64,000 nt of DNA from Phycisphaerales bacterium JB052 (lineage in GTDB: Bacteria > Planctomycetota > Phycisphaerae > Phycisphaerales > UBA1924): contig JBICHR010000001.1 of NCBI GenBank assembly GCA_043100965.1, positions 159,278 through 223,277 on the forward strand. Direction: 5' to 3'. Below, piece by piece: positions 28,569 through 38,204 of this stretch. The notes beneath the pieces are model-generated. The model did no database searches, had not been told where the DNA came from, and saw nothing but the letters and a program-made list of their open reading frames with translations. The translations under genes were made by a program, and so were the position numbers. Within the stretch, counting starts at the first letter, position 1, and each line of letters begins with the position of its first letter.

Positions 28569-29237
28569 TCATCGCATCGATTCGGCTTTCTGCTTCAACT
28601 CGATCACGCGATCCCGCAGCGTGCTCAGCGCCGCATCGGCACCATCCTTCATCAGCTCGTCGGAGCTGATCGGCTCCCCGAAACACACGACGATCTTGTC
28701 GCGGAACGGGATGGGCAGCTTGCGCCGACGCGGCCACGCCTCGTAAGCCCCGGCCACGCCCACGGGCACGATCTGACAGTGCGCCCGCTTGAGCAGCACC
28801 GCGACCCCGCGCTGGAACTGCTGGACCTCGCCGTCCTCGCTACGGGAGCCCTCAGGGAAGACCAGCATGAGACGTCCCTGTTTCATCTTCTCGATCGTCG
28901 CCTTCATCGCACCCGCATCGCCTGCCCCCTGCTTGATGGGGGTCGAGTTGAGCATCGTGATCAGCCACCCGAACGGCTTGAACTTGAACAACGACGCCCG
29001 AGCGAGGTAGTCGGCATGGCGATGGCGAATCCCGCTGCCCACGGCGGGCGGGTCATAGAACGACGCGTGATTCGCCACGAGCAGCACCGGCCCGGTGCGT
29101 GGGACATTGAGCACATCGACACGGCGGTGACGGTGCACGATTCGAAAGAATATGAGAATCGACTCACGCCAAAGGTCATAGAACAGAAGCCTCGGGAGTG
29201 AAGTGCCGGCATGACGCATGCGATATCGATCAAACAT
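28569..29237 (-). CDS. plsC: 1-acyl-sn-glycerol-3-phosphate acyltransferase
   Basis: HX4D motif (VANHASFYDPP) and VFPEGSRS motif. Start placed at ATG 29237; the track ORF extends to 29303. Confidence 0.8.
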   Translation of the reverse strand: MFDRYRMRHAGTSLPRLLFYDLWRESILIFFRIVHRHRRVDVLNVPRTGPVLLVANHASFYDPPAVGSGIRHRHADYLARASLFKFKPFGWLITMLNSTPIKQGAGDAGAMKATIEKMKQGRLMLVFPEGSRSEDGEVQQFQRGVAVLLKRAHCQIVPVGVAGAYEAWPRRRKLPIPFRDKIVVCFGEPISSDELMKDGADAALSTLRDRVIELKQKAESMR

Positions 29238-29273
29238 GCGAGAGTCTATGCCTCCATGCCGTATGATCGTTGC

Positions 29274-30038
29274 ATGCTCCGCATTGATCGAACCCGAGCT
29301 CAACGCCTCGCACGCCGGAGCAGCCTCATGCTCCTGCTGGGCCTGATCATCAACTTCCTCGTTGCCTGGGGCCTCTCATTTGTCCCCCATATGCTGGGCC
29401 CCGCCAACACAAAATCAGTGCAGCTGTCGTGGAACCAGAACGAGGGCGACCGGAGGGTCGTGTACCTCCTCCGCCATCAGTGGTTCGGCGTCATCGAGAA
29501 TCAGTACCACCAAACACCACGCAGCCGATCACACGATCGCCCGAATCAGATCAGCATCTGGTGGTCATGGACACCCCTGGACCGGTTCGAGCCCAATCCC
29601 ATCGAGCAGTCCCAGGCACTCACAAACCTCTTCCAACCCCAGAACCCGGACGCGACCGTTCTCTCTCGTGTCCGGTACGGGTTTCCGGCCCTCTCGGTGC
29701 AGGGACGCTCGATGATCGACGACAGCGCCCCACAAGCCAACGGCACCTACGAAACCCAAACCCGCGGCATCTTCTTCGACCGCATCGATGCCAACAACAC
29801 CCTCGGCAAACCCGAGGTCTGGCCTCATGCCCAGCACCTCTGGTTCCCCTACCACCCAATCTGGGGCGGGCTCATCGTCAACACCATCTTCTACGCCATA
29901 CTCGCCGCCATCGCGATCTACCTCTTCCTCCGCGTGCGAAACGCCCGCCGCATGCTCCGGGGGCGATGCCCCTACTGCGCCTATGAGATGCACCACGACT
30001 TCTCCCTCGGCTGCCCCGAGTGCGGCTGGCGCTGCTGA
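29274..30038 (+). CDS. Membrane protein (TM - extracytoplasmic-looking domain - TM) ending in a CxxC...CPECG zinc ribbon
   Basis: MLRIDRTRAQRLARRSSLMLLLGLIINFLVAWGL (TM1), IWGGLIVNTIFYAILAAIAIYLFL (TM2), then RNARRMLRGRCPYCAYEMHHDFSLGCPECGWRC. The start is uncertain (ATG 29256 or 29274; the track ORF starts at 29211). Confidence 0.6.
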   Translation: MLRIDRTRAQRLARRSSLMLLLGLIINFLVAWGLSFVPHMLGPANTKSVQLSWNQNEGDRRVVYLLRHQWFGVIENQYHQTPRSRSHDRPNQISIWWSWTPLDRFEPNPIEQSQALTNLFQPQNPDATVLSRVRYGFPALSVQGRSMIDDSAPQANGTYETQTRGIFFDRIDANNTLGKPEVWPHAQHLWFPYHPIWGGLIVNTIFYAILAAIAIYLFLRVRNARRMLRGRCPYCAYEMHHDFSLGCPECGWRC

Positions 30039-30147
30039 TACACAGTTCTGGTGTTATCGGCTCCTCCATCTTCGCCCACCGGTACACGCCACGACTAAGA
30101 CCACCCGAATATTGGTCACACCCCCGCTCGCTTTCGACATTCCCAAT

Positions 30148-30939
30148 ATGAGCAGCTACTCCATCAATGGGACCGGGTCCTTTCTGGGCCCCATCGCCAC
30201 GAATCAACAGCAGGCCATGCATACGCTGGAACGCATGGCCACGGGACGCGCGATCAACCGTGGCAGCGATGGACCCGCAGAGCTGATCGCCAGCGAGAAC
30301 TTTGCCGCTCGCCTGAGTGCCAACAACGCCCAGATCCAAGCGATCCAGCGCAACGAATCCTTCCTGAACATCCGAGATGGGGCGTTGGGGTCGCAGCTGA
30401 CCAACCTGAGCGATCTCGACGGGCTGGTCGTCCAAGCCGCCAACGGGGGCGGGCTGAGCAGCGCCGAGATGGGCGCGATCACCACCCAGGTCGGGGGCGT
30501 GCTCAATGGCATCGAGCGGGTCCTGCCCGCTACGGGCATCGACATCATGCGCGATGTCACCACCGAGATGCAGGTCGGCACCGATGAAGTCACGGGCGAT
30601 CCCATCTACGAGGAGGTCTCGCTGAGCGACCTGTCCCGCGTGATCGAACAGGACCCTGAAGCCGCCCAGCGCCTGGTGGATGGTGCCCGCGACGCGGTGC
30701 TACAGGAGCGTGCCAAGATTGGTGCCGATCAGCGAGCCGCCGAATCAGAACGGCGTGTGCTCGAAGAGGAGCAGATCAATGTCGCCCGGGCCTACTCGTC
30801 GATCAGAGATGCCGATTACGCCCGCGAAAGCTCGAGCCTGGTCCGTTCACAGATCCTGGGGCAGGCATCGATTGCCGCCGAACTGGCCTCCCGCGCCTCG
30901 TCCGCCGCCGTATTGCAGTTGCTTGATATCCGGGCCTGA
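30148..30939 (+). CDS. Flagellin-superfamily protein (short, flagellin/FlgL-like)
   Basis: 263 aa from ATG 30148. LERMATGRAINRGSDGPAELIASENFAARLSANNAQIQAIQRNESFLNIRDGALG...LVVQAANGG parallels the flagellin N-domain (ERLSSGLRINSAKDDAAGxAI...). The C-terminus AYSSIRDADYARESSSLVRSQILGQASIAA...VLQLL parallels the flagellin C-domain (SRIxDADxAxExxxLxxxQILQQA...VLSLL). Confidence 0.7.
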   Translation: MSSYSINGTGSFLGPIATNQQQAMHTLERMATGRAINRGSDGPAELIASENFAARLSANNAQIQAIQRNESFLNIRDGALGSQLTNLSDLDGLVVQAANGGGLSSAEMGAITTQVGGVLNGIERVLPATGIDIMRDVTTEMQVGTDEVTGDPIYEEVSLSDLSRVIEQDPEAAQRLVDGARDAVLQERAKIGADQRAAESERRVLEEEQINVARAYSSIRDADYARESSSLVRSQILGQASIAAELASRASSAAVLQLLDIRA

Positions 30940-31102
30940 ACCGCCCGCACAACCCCACCCCATGCCGAAAAATACCCTTGGCAAGAGGGGATTCTCGTCG
31001 ATTCGCATCGCATCTTACAGGCAGTCCCAGCGGGTGTGGATGCGTCGAGTGGGCCCCGGCAATCCCGAGCGAGCCGAACCCCCACTTGCATCCCCTGCAC
31101 AG

Positions 31103-31139
31103 GCCCCGCGCCATACCCCCGGCGCGGGGCTTTTCTTTG
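31103..31139 (+). terminator. Rho-independent terminator after the flagellin-like gene
   Basis: 10-bp stem gccccgcgcc/ggcgcggggc followed by TTTTCTTTG. Confidence 0.8.
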
Positions 31140-31186
31140 CGCAGACTGAACGACACCCTGCCCACCCCGCAACAATCATCCCACAG

Positions 31187-32389
31187 ATGAACTCAACTCC
31201 CACATCGTTGCCAACACGCGTGCTCAAGTTCACCGACACCCTCGCCGACATCAACGGCGTCTGCCGGTTCATCCAGAACACCGCCCAGACCGCACACGAC
31301 ACCGGCCACGATCTACAGGTCTTCACATCGACCCGGCTACCCATGCCCGAGGTCGACGGCGTACGCAACTTCACCCCCGTATACGCACGCGCCATGCCCG
31401 GCTACGAAACCCTCGAACTGGCGATCCCGCCCGCGGTCGAGATGATGCGCGCCGCCGAGGACTTCAACCCCGATGTCATCCACATCTCCACTCCGGGCCC
31501 GGTGGGCACCGTGGGCTTCATCGCCGCCCGATTGATGCGGGTCCCCATCGTCGGCGTCTACCACACTGACTTCCCCGCCTACATCGACGAACTCTTCGAC
31601 AACGCCCTGTGCTCAGCGATGTGCCGGGGCCATATGCGGTTCTTCTATCGCCGGTTCAAGTATGTCTTCTCCCGCAGCGCCGACTACGCCCATCGACTCG
31701 TCTCCCTCGGCGTCGACGAGGACAAGCTCGTTCGGCTCCGGGCCGGCTTCGACAACACACGCTTCGATCACACCTTGCGCGACCCGAGCATCTGGTCCCA
31801 GCACGCAATCAAAACCGACTCCATCAAGGCCGTCTTCTGCGGGCGCGTCAGCACCGAGAAGAATCTGCCGATGCTCGTCAAGATGTGGCCCACCATCCGC
31901 CAGCAGGTCCAAGACCAGGGACGCGCCATCGAACTCATCATCATCGGTGACGGGCCATACCGCACCGAGATGGAGCAGCGACTGGCCGATCAGGGAGCGC
32001 ATTTCCTGGGCTTCCGCCACGGCGAGGAACTGGCCACCCTCTACGCCTCGTGCGATATGTTCGTCTTCCCCTCGACCACCGACACCCTCGGGCAGGTCGT
32101 CATGGAATCACAGGCCTCGGGTCTGCCCGTTATCGTCACCGATCAGGGCGGCCCCAAGGAAATCGTCCACGACCAGCACACGCAGCACCCCACCGCCTTC
32201 GTGCTTCCGCATGACGATGAACCACAATGGATCGAGACCATCGTCAAGCTGGCATGCGATGATGCCTTGCGTGCATCACTGGGACGCAACGGCATCGAGC
32301 TGATGAAACAGCACACATTCAGCGCATCATTCGAGCACTACTGGCAAATCCACGAAGCCGCGGCCGCTCAGGCACCAAGCTCAACCTGA
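31187..32389 (+). CDS. Glycosyltransferase, GT4 (GT-B, family 1-type)
   Basis: 400 aa from ATG 31187. C-terminal GRVSTEKN, FLGFRHGEELATLYASCDMFVFPSTTDTLGQVVMESQASGLPVIVTD (EX7E-type nucleotide-sugar binding region). The upstream 169 codons of the track ORF are Pro/Arg-rich and unlikely to be coding. Confidence 0.8.
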   Translation: MNSTPTSLPTRVLKFTDTLADINGVCRFIQNTAQTAHDTGHDLQVFTSTRLPMPEVDGVRNFTPVYARAMPGYETLELAIPPAVEMMRAAEDFNPDVIHISTPGPVGTVGFIAARLMRVPIVGVYHTDFPAYIDELFDNALCSAMCRGHMRFFYRRFKYVFSRSADYAHRLVSLGVDEDKLVRLRAGFDNTRFDHTLRDPSIWSQHAIKTDSIKAVFCGRVSTEKNLPMLVKMWPTIRQQVQDQGRAIELIIIGDGPYRTEMEQRLADQGAHFLGFRHGEELATLYASCDMFVFPSTTDTLGQVVMESQASGLPVIVTDQGGPKEIVHDQHTQHPTAFVLPHDDEPQWIETIVKLACDDALRASLGRNGIELMKQHTFSASFEHYWQIHEAAAAQAPSST

Positions 32390-33315
32390 CCCACGAGCGA
32401 GCCGATCCCGCTTGCCCCCTGCGAGCGAACCCACTTGGCCAGCCCCTTACGGAGTTTGACCGAGGCTCGTGGCGAAGCGAAGCTCCCTGCGCCCACCTGC
32501 ACCGCACTGGCACCAGCCAGAACGAACTCCGCGGCATCTTCCCACCGCGTCACCCCGCCAGCGGCCACGATCGGCACGCCCGCGTCCTTGGCAACGCCCC
32601 GATACACCAGGTGCACCAGCCGCACCACGATCGGGTGAATCGCCGGGCCGCTCAATCCGCCCGTCACATTGGCCAGGACCGGCTTGCGGGTTCGCACATC
32701 GATCCCCATCGCCGGCACCGTGTTCGTGAGCGTCAGCCCCCTGGCGCCCGACTCGATCGCCACCCGCGCCAGATCCACAATCGTGTGCGGCGTCCCCACC
32801 GTCACCGGCGAGAGCTTGACGAACATCGGCAGATCCCCCACCACAGACGACATCGCCGTAAGCAGTTCTTTCAGGGCCCCGGGGTCGCTTCCGAACTCGA
32901 GCCCGGAGTGGACATTGGGGCACGACACATTCGCCTCGATGCCCGCCATGCCCTCGATCGATGCGAGCTTGCTCGCCACCTCGAGATAGTCGTCGATGCG
33001 ATCACCCGCGACCGAACCCACGATCGGGCACTCCATTGACTTGACCTTGGGCCCCTCGTCGCGCACGAAGGCGTCGATACCCGGGTTGGCCAGCCCGATG
33101 GCGTTCATCATCCCCGCACGGGCAAAGGTAATGCGAGGGAAAGCGTTCCCGTGGCGTGGATCGCGAGTGATGGATTTGGTGACGATCCCGCCGAGTTGCC
33201 CCGGGTCGAGCACATCACGCATCTCACCCAGCACACCCGCCGTGCCCGCGGCCAGCAGCACCGGGCTCCGCAGCGCGATGCCGGCGATGGTCGTCGAAAG
33301 CAACTCTTCGCTCAC
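32368..33315 (-). CDS. pyrD: Dihydroorotate dehydrogenase, class 1 catalytic subunit
   Basis: LLAAGTAG, NAIGLANPG, VKLSP, LTLTNT, GGLSGPAI and AAGGV motifs in the canonical order. Confidence 0.85.
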   Translation of the reverse strand: MSEELLSTTIAGIALRSPVLLAAGTAGVLGEMRDVLDPGQLGGIVTKSITRDPRHGNAFPRITFARAGMMNAIGLANPGIDAFVRDEGPKVKSMECPIVGSVAGDRIDDYLEVASKLASIEGMAGIEANVSCPNVHSGLEFGSDPGALKELLTAMSSVVGDLPMFVKLSPVTVGTPHTIVDLARVAIESGARGLTLTNTVPAMGIDVRTRKPVLANVTGGLSGPAIHPIVVRLVHLVYRGVAKDAGVPIVAAGGVTRWEDAAEFVLAGASAVQVGAGSFASPRASVKLRKGLAKWVRSQGASGIGSLVGQVELGA

Positions 33316-34067
33316 AGGTCGTCCAGCCGCTCGCGCACCACGCGCTCCATCTTGTCGATCACCGCGTCGATGCTCATCGAGGAAGTATCAATCACCACCG
33401 CGTCGTCAGGACAAACCAATGGCCCATCGCTGCGGGTTGAATCGATCCGGTCACGCTCGAGAATCCGCTCGCTCATTTCTTCGACGCTCACGCTGCCATC
33501 AAGCCCCAGCTGATCGATCCTTCGTTCAGCCCGGACCCGCGGATCGGCATCGAGATAGAACTTGATCGGCGCATCGGGGAAGGCGACCGACCCCTGATCA
33601 CGCCCCTCGGTCACCAAGCGCGGGTGCTGGGCAAAGATGATGCGCTGCTTGCGAACCATGTGGCTGCGCAGCTCCGGGATTGTTGCGACGAAGGACACCT
33701 TCTTGGTCACATCATCACACCGAATGCGATGATCGATCGGGGTGTCCCATGCCAAAATCGTGGGCGGGTCCTGGGACCAATCAAAGTGCAGATCCGCACC
33801 CAGCACCGTCGAGACCAGCTCACCGATCTCCTGCTCATCGATCTTTCGATCGATCAGGATCGCCGCCGCCGCCCGGTACATCGCCCCGGTATCAAGAAAA
33901 TCGAGCCCCAGACGCTGCGCCAGACGACGCGCCACCGTGGACTTTCCAGTCCCCGCAGGCCCGTCGATGGTAATGATGATCTCTTTGGTGCTCGGCACCG
34001 TGAACCCCGTCTTTGTCGCGTCCGGCGTGGTCTGGGTTACGGGCACGGCTGCCCCCTTCTGCACCAT
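33312..34067 (-). CDS. cmk: Cytidylate kinase
   Basis: ITIDGPAGTGKSTVARRLA (P-loop), LDTGAMYRA, EGRDQGSVAFPDA, R..RR motif. 4-nt overlap with the pyrD start. Confidence 0.9.
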   Translation of the reverse strand: MVQKGAAVPVTQTTPDATKTGFTVPSTKEIIITIDGPAGTGKSTVARRLAQRLGLDFLDTGAMYRAAAAILIDRKIDEQEIGELVSTVLGADLHFDWSQDPPTILAWDTPIDHRIRCDDVTKKVSFVATIPELRSHMVRKQRIIFAQHPRLVTEGRDQGSVAFPDAPIKFYLDADPRVRAERRIDQLGLDGSVSVEEMSERILERDRIDSTRSDGPLVCPDDAVVIDTSSMSIDAVIDKMERVVRERLDDL

Positions 34068-34088
34068 CCTGGCGCGTGGGTCCGCTGC

Positions 34089-34979
34089 TCAGGACTCCGC
34101 CAGCGACACCAATGCCGCCTCAATCGCGTCCTTCGTCTGCAGTACACCCAGTGTACCATCACCATCCCCCCTGTAGTCAAGCGCGATATTCCCGCTAAAC
34201 CCGACCGCTTTGATCGCGGAAACCATGGGTTCAAGCTCGTATCCCACATGAACCGGGGGGGCTGAATCATCCATCGCTTCAAGCTCTGCGGCCAAGGCAT
34301 CAAGCCCACTGAGGCCCTCAGCGGCCTGCATCGCCTCGTCATCGGGCTCCGCTTCCACAAAGCCGAGTGTCGAGGCGTTCACCACCGTTGCGTACGGCGT
34401 CAACCGACGCAGATAATGGGTGGCATCACCCGATTCGTGCGCCGCGACGAAGTCAGGGAGCGTCCCGATCCGGAACCCGCCGATCGCCTTAACCAGCTCG
34501 GTCGTGCGATCTGGGTCCTGCGTCAGCCCTGAAGTTGGCGAAATCAGCACATTGATATCAACCTGGTCTGCCGATTCAAGCACTTGCTTCATGCGCTCGG
34601 ATACCAGCTCGAACACATCGTCCGAATCCTTGGCGTTGATCGACATCGACACCGCGTTACAACCCAGCACGCTGCCCGCAACAATCACGCGGGACATGCG
34701 ATCGATCGCCGCATCGCCCTTGTTCTCGTTCGAGTTGCCCAGATCGAGCGCCTCGGGCTCGCTGAGCATCAGGCAGGTGCACCCGACCTTATCGCCATTG
34801 TCACGGATCCGGGTAATCTCGCTGCGCCCCATCCCCTTGAGCAGATCGGTCGACAAATTCAGTGCACGCAGACCAAGGTGCTCGTGGGTATAACGGGGCA
34901 AATCCTGAACGCTCAGGGCGTTCTTGCCGCGCTTCTTGAGCAGCGAACGAATCGAGTTCACATTCAGCGAATACATCAT
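34089..34979 (-). CDS. Putative sugar phosphate isomerase/epimerase (xylose-isomerase-like TIM barrel)
   Basis: 296 aa with an alternating beta/alpha pattern and general resemblance to AP-endonuclease-2/TIM-barrel proteins. No decisive motif seen. Confidence 0.4.
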   Translation of the reverse strand: MMYSLNVNSIRSLLKKRGKNALSVQDLPRYTHEHLGLRALNLSTDLLKGMGRSEITRIRDNGDKVGCTCLMLSEPEALDLGNSNENKGDAAIDRMSRVIVAGSVLGCNAVSMSINAKDSDDVFELVSERMKQVLESADQVDINVLISPTSGLTQDPDRTTELVKAIGGFRIGTLPDFVAAHESGDATHYLRRLTPYATVVNASTLGFVEAEPDDEAMQAAEGLSGLDALAAELEAMDDSAPPVHVGYELEPMVSAIKAVGFSGNIALDYRGDGDGTLGVLQTKDAIEAALVSLAES

Positions 34980-35037
34980 GCGTCAGACTGTAGGCACAAG
35001 ATACCGACCGCCCCACGAGCCGACCTAGAATCAGGGC

Positions 35038-38000
35038 ATGGCATCGCCCAGCGGCATCTCGTTCAAAGGTATCGGTCTCATCACCGCGGGATTGCTCGCG
35101 CTGATCTTCATCGCCATCATCGTCGTCTCGATGCTGATCGCCCCGCCCGCAGCACCCACCAGGGGCTCGGACTTGTTCTCTGAGAACCCCGATGATTTCA
35201 TCGACATCGAGGACACCCAGAGCGGCGGGGCCATGCTGGTCACCATGGTCGATCAGAACGACCCCACCCGCATCGCCTCAACACTCCGGGCCGACCGCTT
35301 CGAGCCCATGGGCGAGGGGCGACGGCGACTCGATCAGCCCGAGTCGTGGATCTACCTCAAGGACGGGCGAGCCCTCCGCGTCAACGCCGATTTCGCGACC
35401 ATGCTCATGCCCGACCCGAATCAGCCTCCCGAATCAGGGACGCTCGAGGGCAACATCCTGCTGCGGGCGTATGACTCAATCCCAGCCCCGGGCACACCCG
35501 CACCCGACGACCAGCAACCCACACTCACCGCGCGTTTCGAGGAACCGGTTGAGTTCGAACGCCGGTACCTGCGACTGAGCAGCCCCGGGCGTTTCGAGAT
35601 CGAGTCCGCCCAGGTCGATTTCGCGGGCACCGACCTCACCGTGATCCTGAATGATCTGCGAAACCGCATCGAGATGATCGATGTTGCCCAAGGCGACACG
35701 CTGGTCATCCACACCGACGCGGTCAACGACCGATCGCCACAAGAAACATCGACCAACGAGCGGTCGGCTTCAGCCAAACCAAAGCCCGCAACCCCTGAGA
35801 CCACAGAGATCACCGATACAGAAACCGAAACCACCACGACCACCACCAGAGTCGCACAAGACAAACCACGCATCACCACGCCCAAATCTACACCGCCCGC
35901 CACACCTCCGGCAGCACCCGACACGCAGCGCTACATCGTCTCGCTCGATCGCGATGTCTCTGCATCGGTCCCCGGCTCGGGCACCGTCAATGCCGACACC
36001 CTGGAACTCTGGGCCGCGTTCATCGATGGCCAGCTCCCTGACGATGCGATCAGACGCATCGCCATCGCCCAGAACGAACCCCGGGTATCTCAGCAGAAGC
36101 AGGCGAAAAACACGCCCCCAAACACCGCAAAGGAAACTCCACCACCGGCATCTGCAAACTCCCCCAGCAAGCAGATGCCCGAGCCAACCGCAACCGCAGC
36201 CGCCGAGGGGAATGACCTCGTGATCAACTGGTCGGGCCCCATGCGTGTGCGCCCCATCGATGCCGAGATTCCCCGCCAGCTGCAAAATGACCACCTGGCC
36301 CTCCGCCTCAGCAGCGACGAGGGCTCCGGCATCACCATGAGCGCCCCGGATCGCGGGTTCACCGGTCAGGCCAAGGAACTCACCTACTTTGCCACCCGCG
36401 CTGTCGTTCGCATGGTGGGCGAGCAGACCGAGACCGGCATCGTCAAGATGGAGGTCGAAGAGGGCGGGACCCTCTATGCGGGCGCCTTGAACATCGATCT
36501 CATCACCGGTGAACTGGACATGCCCCAGCGTGGGTCCATCACCACCATCCATAAAGACCCCGAGCAGATCGCCGCGGTGCGATGGACCAACAAGGCCCAG
36601 ATCGCCTTCGCCCTCAACGAGCAAGGAGCCATCACGCAGCGTCTCCGCCACGCACGCTTCGAGGGAGCCGCGATCGCTGAGCAGGCGGGGAACTCAGTCG
36701 GCGCCCGTGTGATCCACGCAACCCTCGACCCCAAGCTTCCTCCCGCTTCCGCGTTGACCACGCTCACCCTGACCGAGGGCGTGATCGCCAGCGCCGACAA
36801 ACAGACCCTGACAGGCCGGGACCTCACGATCGATTTCGTCCCCGATGAAATCCCGGGCAACCCCCCACACCCGGTCCGGATCACATCGATCGGTTCGTCC
36901 ATGGGACGCACACCCGACGCGATGCTCCGCGCCAACGAACTGCACGCCGAGCTCTTCCGGGATGAATCGGGCCAGACCCGCCTGCGCACCGCCCGCGCCG
37001 TGGGCGAGGTGAACTACCGCGATAGCAACCGGACCACCGCCAAAGCGAGCGATCTCGATGCCAACGCCCTTGAGGAAATCATCGTCCTCACGGGCCCCGA
37101 CAGCAGCGTCACCCAGGCGGGCTCGACCATCGCCGGTGAGCACATCACCCTCCGGGCCAAACGCCGGAGTGTTGAGGTCCTGGGGCCCGGGACCTTTGAC
37201 CACGACATCGCCCTCGCTCAGGACGCCGGGGCTCACCCAGGGCAACTCGGGCACATCAGCACTCGCTGGTCTGAATCGATGAAGTTCGATGACACGCTGG
37301 GCTCGATCGAATGCGTCGGCGGCGTACGCATGATCTCGACCCCCGACGCGCTCACACGCGACACGCTCAACGCAGACCGTGTCACCATCAACCTGACCCC
37401 GATGCCCAGCAGCGACCCGATCGGCGGCGGGCGGGATCGACAACGCGAGCTGCTCAACGCCCGCGCCAGCGGACGAGCCGAGCCGGGCAAAGCACCACAG
37501 CCCGCCTCGATCGAATCGCGCAGCTACGCAGCCGATGATCCCGAACTGGCGACCGGGGTGCTCTATCTCGAAGGCGCCCAGATCCTTGCCGATAATCAAA
37601 GGCAGACCCTTAGCGTCCCGGGCGAGGGCACGCTGCTCCTGCTCGATCGTGAGCAGGACCCCAACCAGCCCGAAAGCGACCGCTCTCTCGATGGCTCAGG
37701 GCTCACCCGCTTCACCTGGAAATCACGCATGATGCTCGATCGTGCTGATGCCCAAGGCACATTCAATGGCGGGGTCAAGGTCGATCACAAGTCGCTCACC
37801 AGCAACGAGGTCGCGACGCTGACCACCGACACCCTCGTCGCCCGCTTTGAGCCAGAGCGATCCGGTACAGATCAGAGCACCATCAGCACGGGCATGACCC
37901 TGCACAGCGCCACGGCAACGGGCGATGTGCGTTTCCTCTTTAACAATGGTGAGCTGCTCTGCGACGAGGCGATCTACGACGCGATCGCCGATTCCTTATT

Positions 38001-38157
38001 CGCCCAATCGCTCGGGGATACACTCGTCACCTACTACGACAACACACAGCCCGCCCCCTTCTCGGCACGCACCATGCGTTGGGACCTGAGCAAGGACGGC
38101 CGTGATCGAATCGAGTTTAATGCACCATCCCCGATCCGCACCACACCAGGCGGGTGA
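35038..38157 (+). CDS. Large membrane-anchored, repetitive beta-rich protein (possibly LptC/LptA-OstA-like or AsmA-like periplasm-spanning protein)
   Basis: 1039 aa. N-terminal TM anchor (GLITAGLLALIFIAIIVVSMLIA). Pro/Thr/Glu-rich low-complexity linkers (about 35740-36230). Then many short amphipathic beta segments of the type 'L.A..L.I.L....' (TLYAGALNIDLITGELDM, LTGRDLTIDFVPD, LNADRVTINLTP, ATGDVRFLFNNGELLCDEAIYD). Confidence 0.45.
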   Translation: MASPSGISFKGIGLITAGLLALIFIAIIVVSMLIAPPAAPTRGSDLFSENPDDFIDIEDTQSGGAMLVTMVDQNDPTRIASTLRADRFEPMGEGRRRLDQPESWIYLKDGRALRVNADFATMLMPDPNQPPESGTLEGNILLRAYDSIPAPGTPAPDDQQPTLTARFEEPVEFERRYLRLSSPGRFEIESAQVDFAGTDLTVILNDLRNRIEMIDVAQGDTLVIHTDAVNDRSPQETSTNERSASAKPKPATPETTEITDTETETTTTTTRVAQDKPRITTPKSTPPATPPAAPDTQRYIVSLDRDVSASVPGSGTVNADTLELWAAFIDGQLPDDAIRRIAIAQNEPRVSQQKQAKNTPPNTAKETPPPASANSPSKQMPEPTATAAAEGNDLVINWSGPMRVRPIDAEIPRQLQNDHLALRLSSDEGSGITMSAPDRGFTGQAKELTYFATRAVVRMVGEQTETGIVKMEVEEGGTLYAGALNIDLITGELDMPQRGSITTIHKDPEQIAAVRWTNKAQIAFALNEQGAITQRLRHARFEGAAIAEQAGNSVGARVIHATLDPKLPPASALTTLTLTEGVIASADKQTLTGRDLTIDFVPDEIPGNPPHPVRITSIGSSMGRTPDAMLRANELHAELFRDESGQTRLRTARAVGEVNYRDSNRTTAKASDLDANALEEIIVLTGPDSSVTQAGSTIAGEHITLRAKRRSVEVLGPGTFDHDIALAQDAGAHPGQLGHISTRWSESMKFDDTLGSIECVGGVRMISTPDALTRDTLNADRVTINLTPMPSSDPIGGGRDRQRELLNARASGRAEPGKAPQPASIESRSYAADDPELATGVLYLEGAQILADNQRQTLSVPGEGTLLLLDREQDPNQPESDRSLDGSGLTRFTWKSRMMLDRADAQGTFNGGVKVDHKSLTSNEVATLTTDTLVARFEPERSGTDQSTISTGMTLHSATATGDVRFLFNNGELLCDEAIYDAIADSLFAQSLGDTLVTYYDNTQPAPFSARTMRWDLSKDGRDRIEFNAPSPIRTTPGG

Positions 38158-38204
38158 TCGTGCGGCCGATGCCAGTGCAATACGAGATGAACGCCACAGT
38201 TGGG

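Noticed and set aside
30054-30061. GCCGATAA-like sigma-28 -10 element near the flagellin-like gene
   Set aside because: The match (ttatcggc) is on the opposite strand to the flagellin-like gene and has no TAAA -35 partner.
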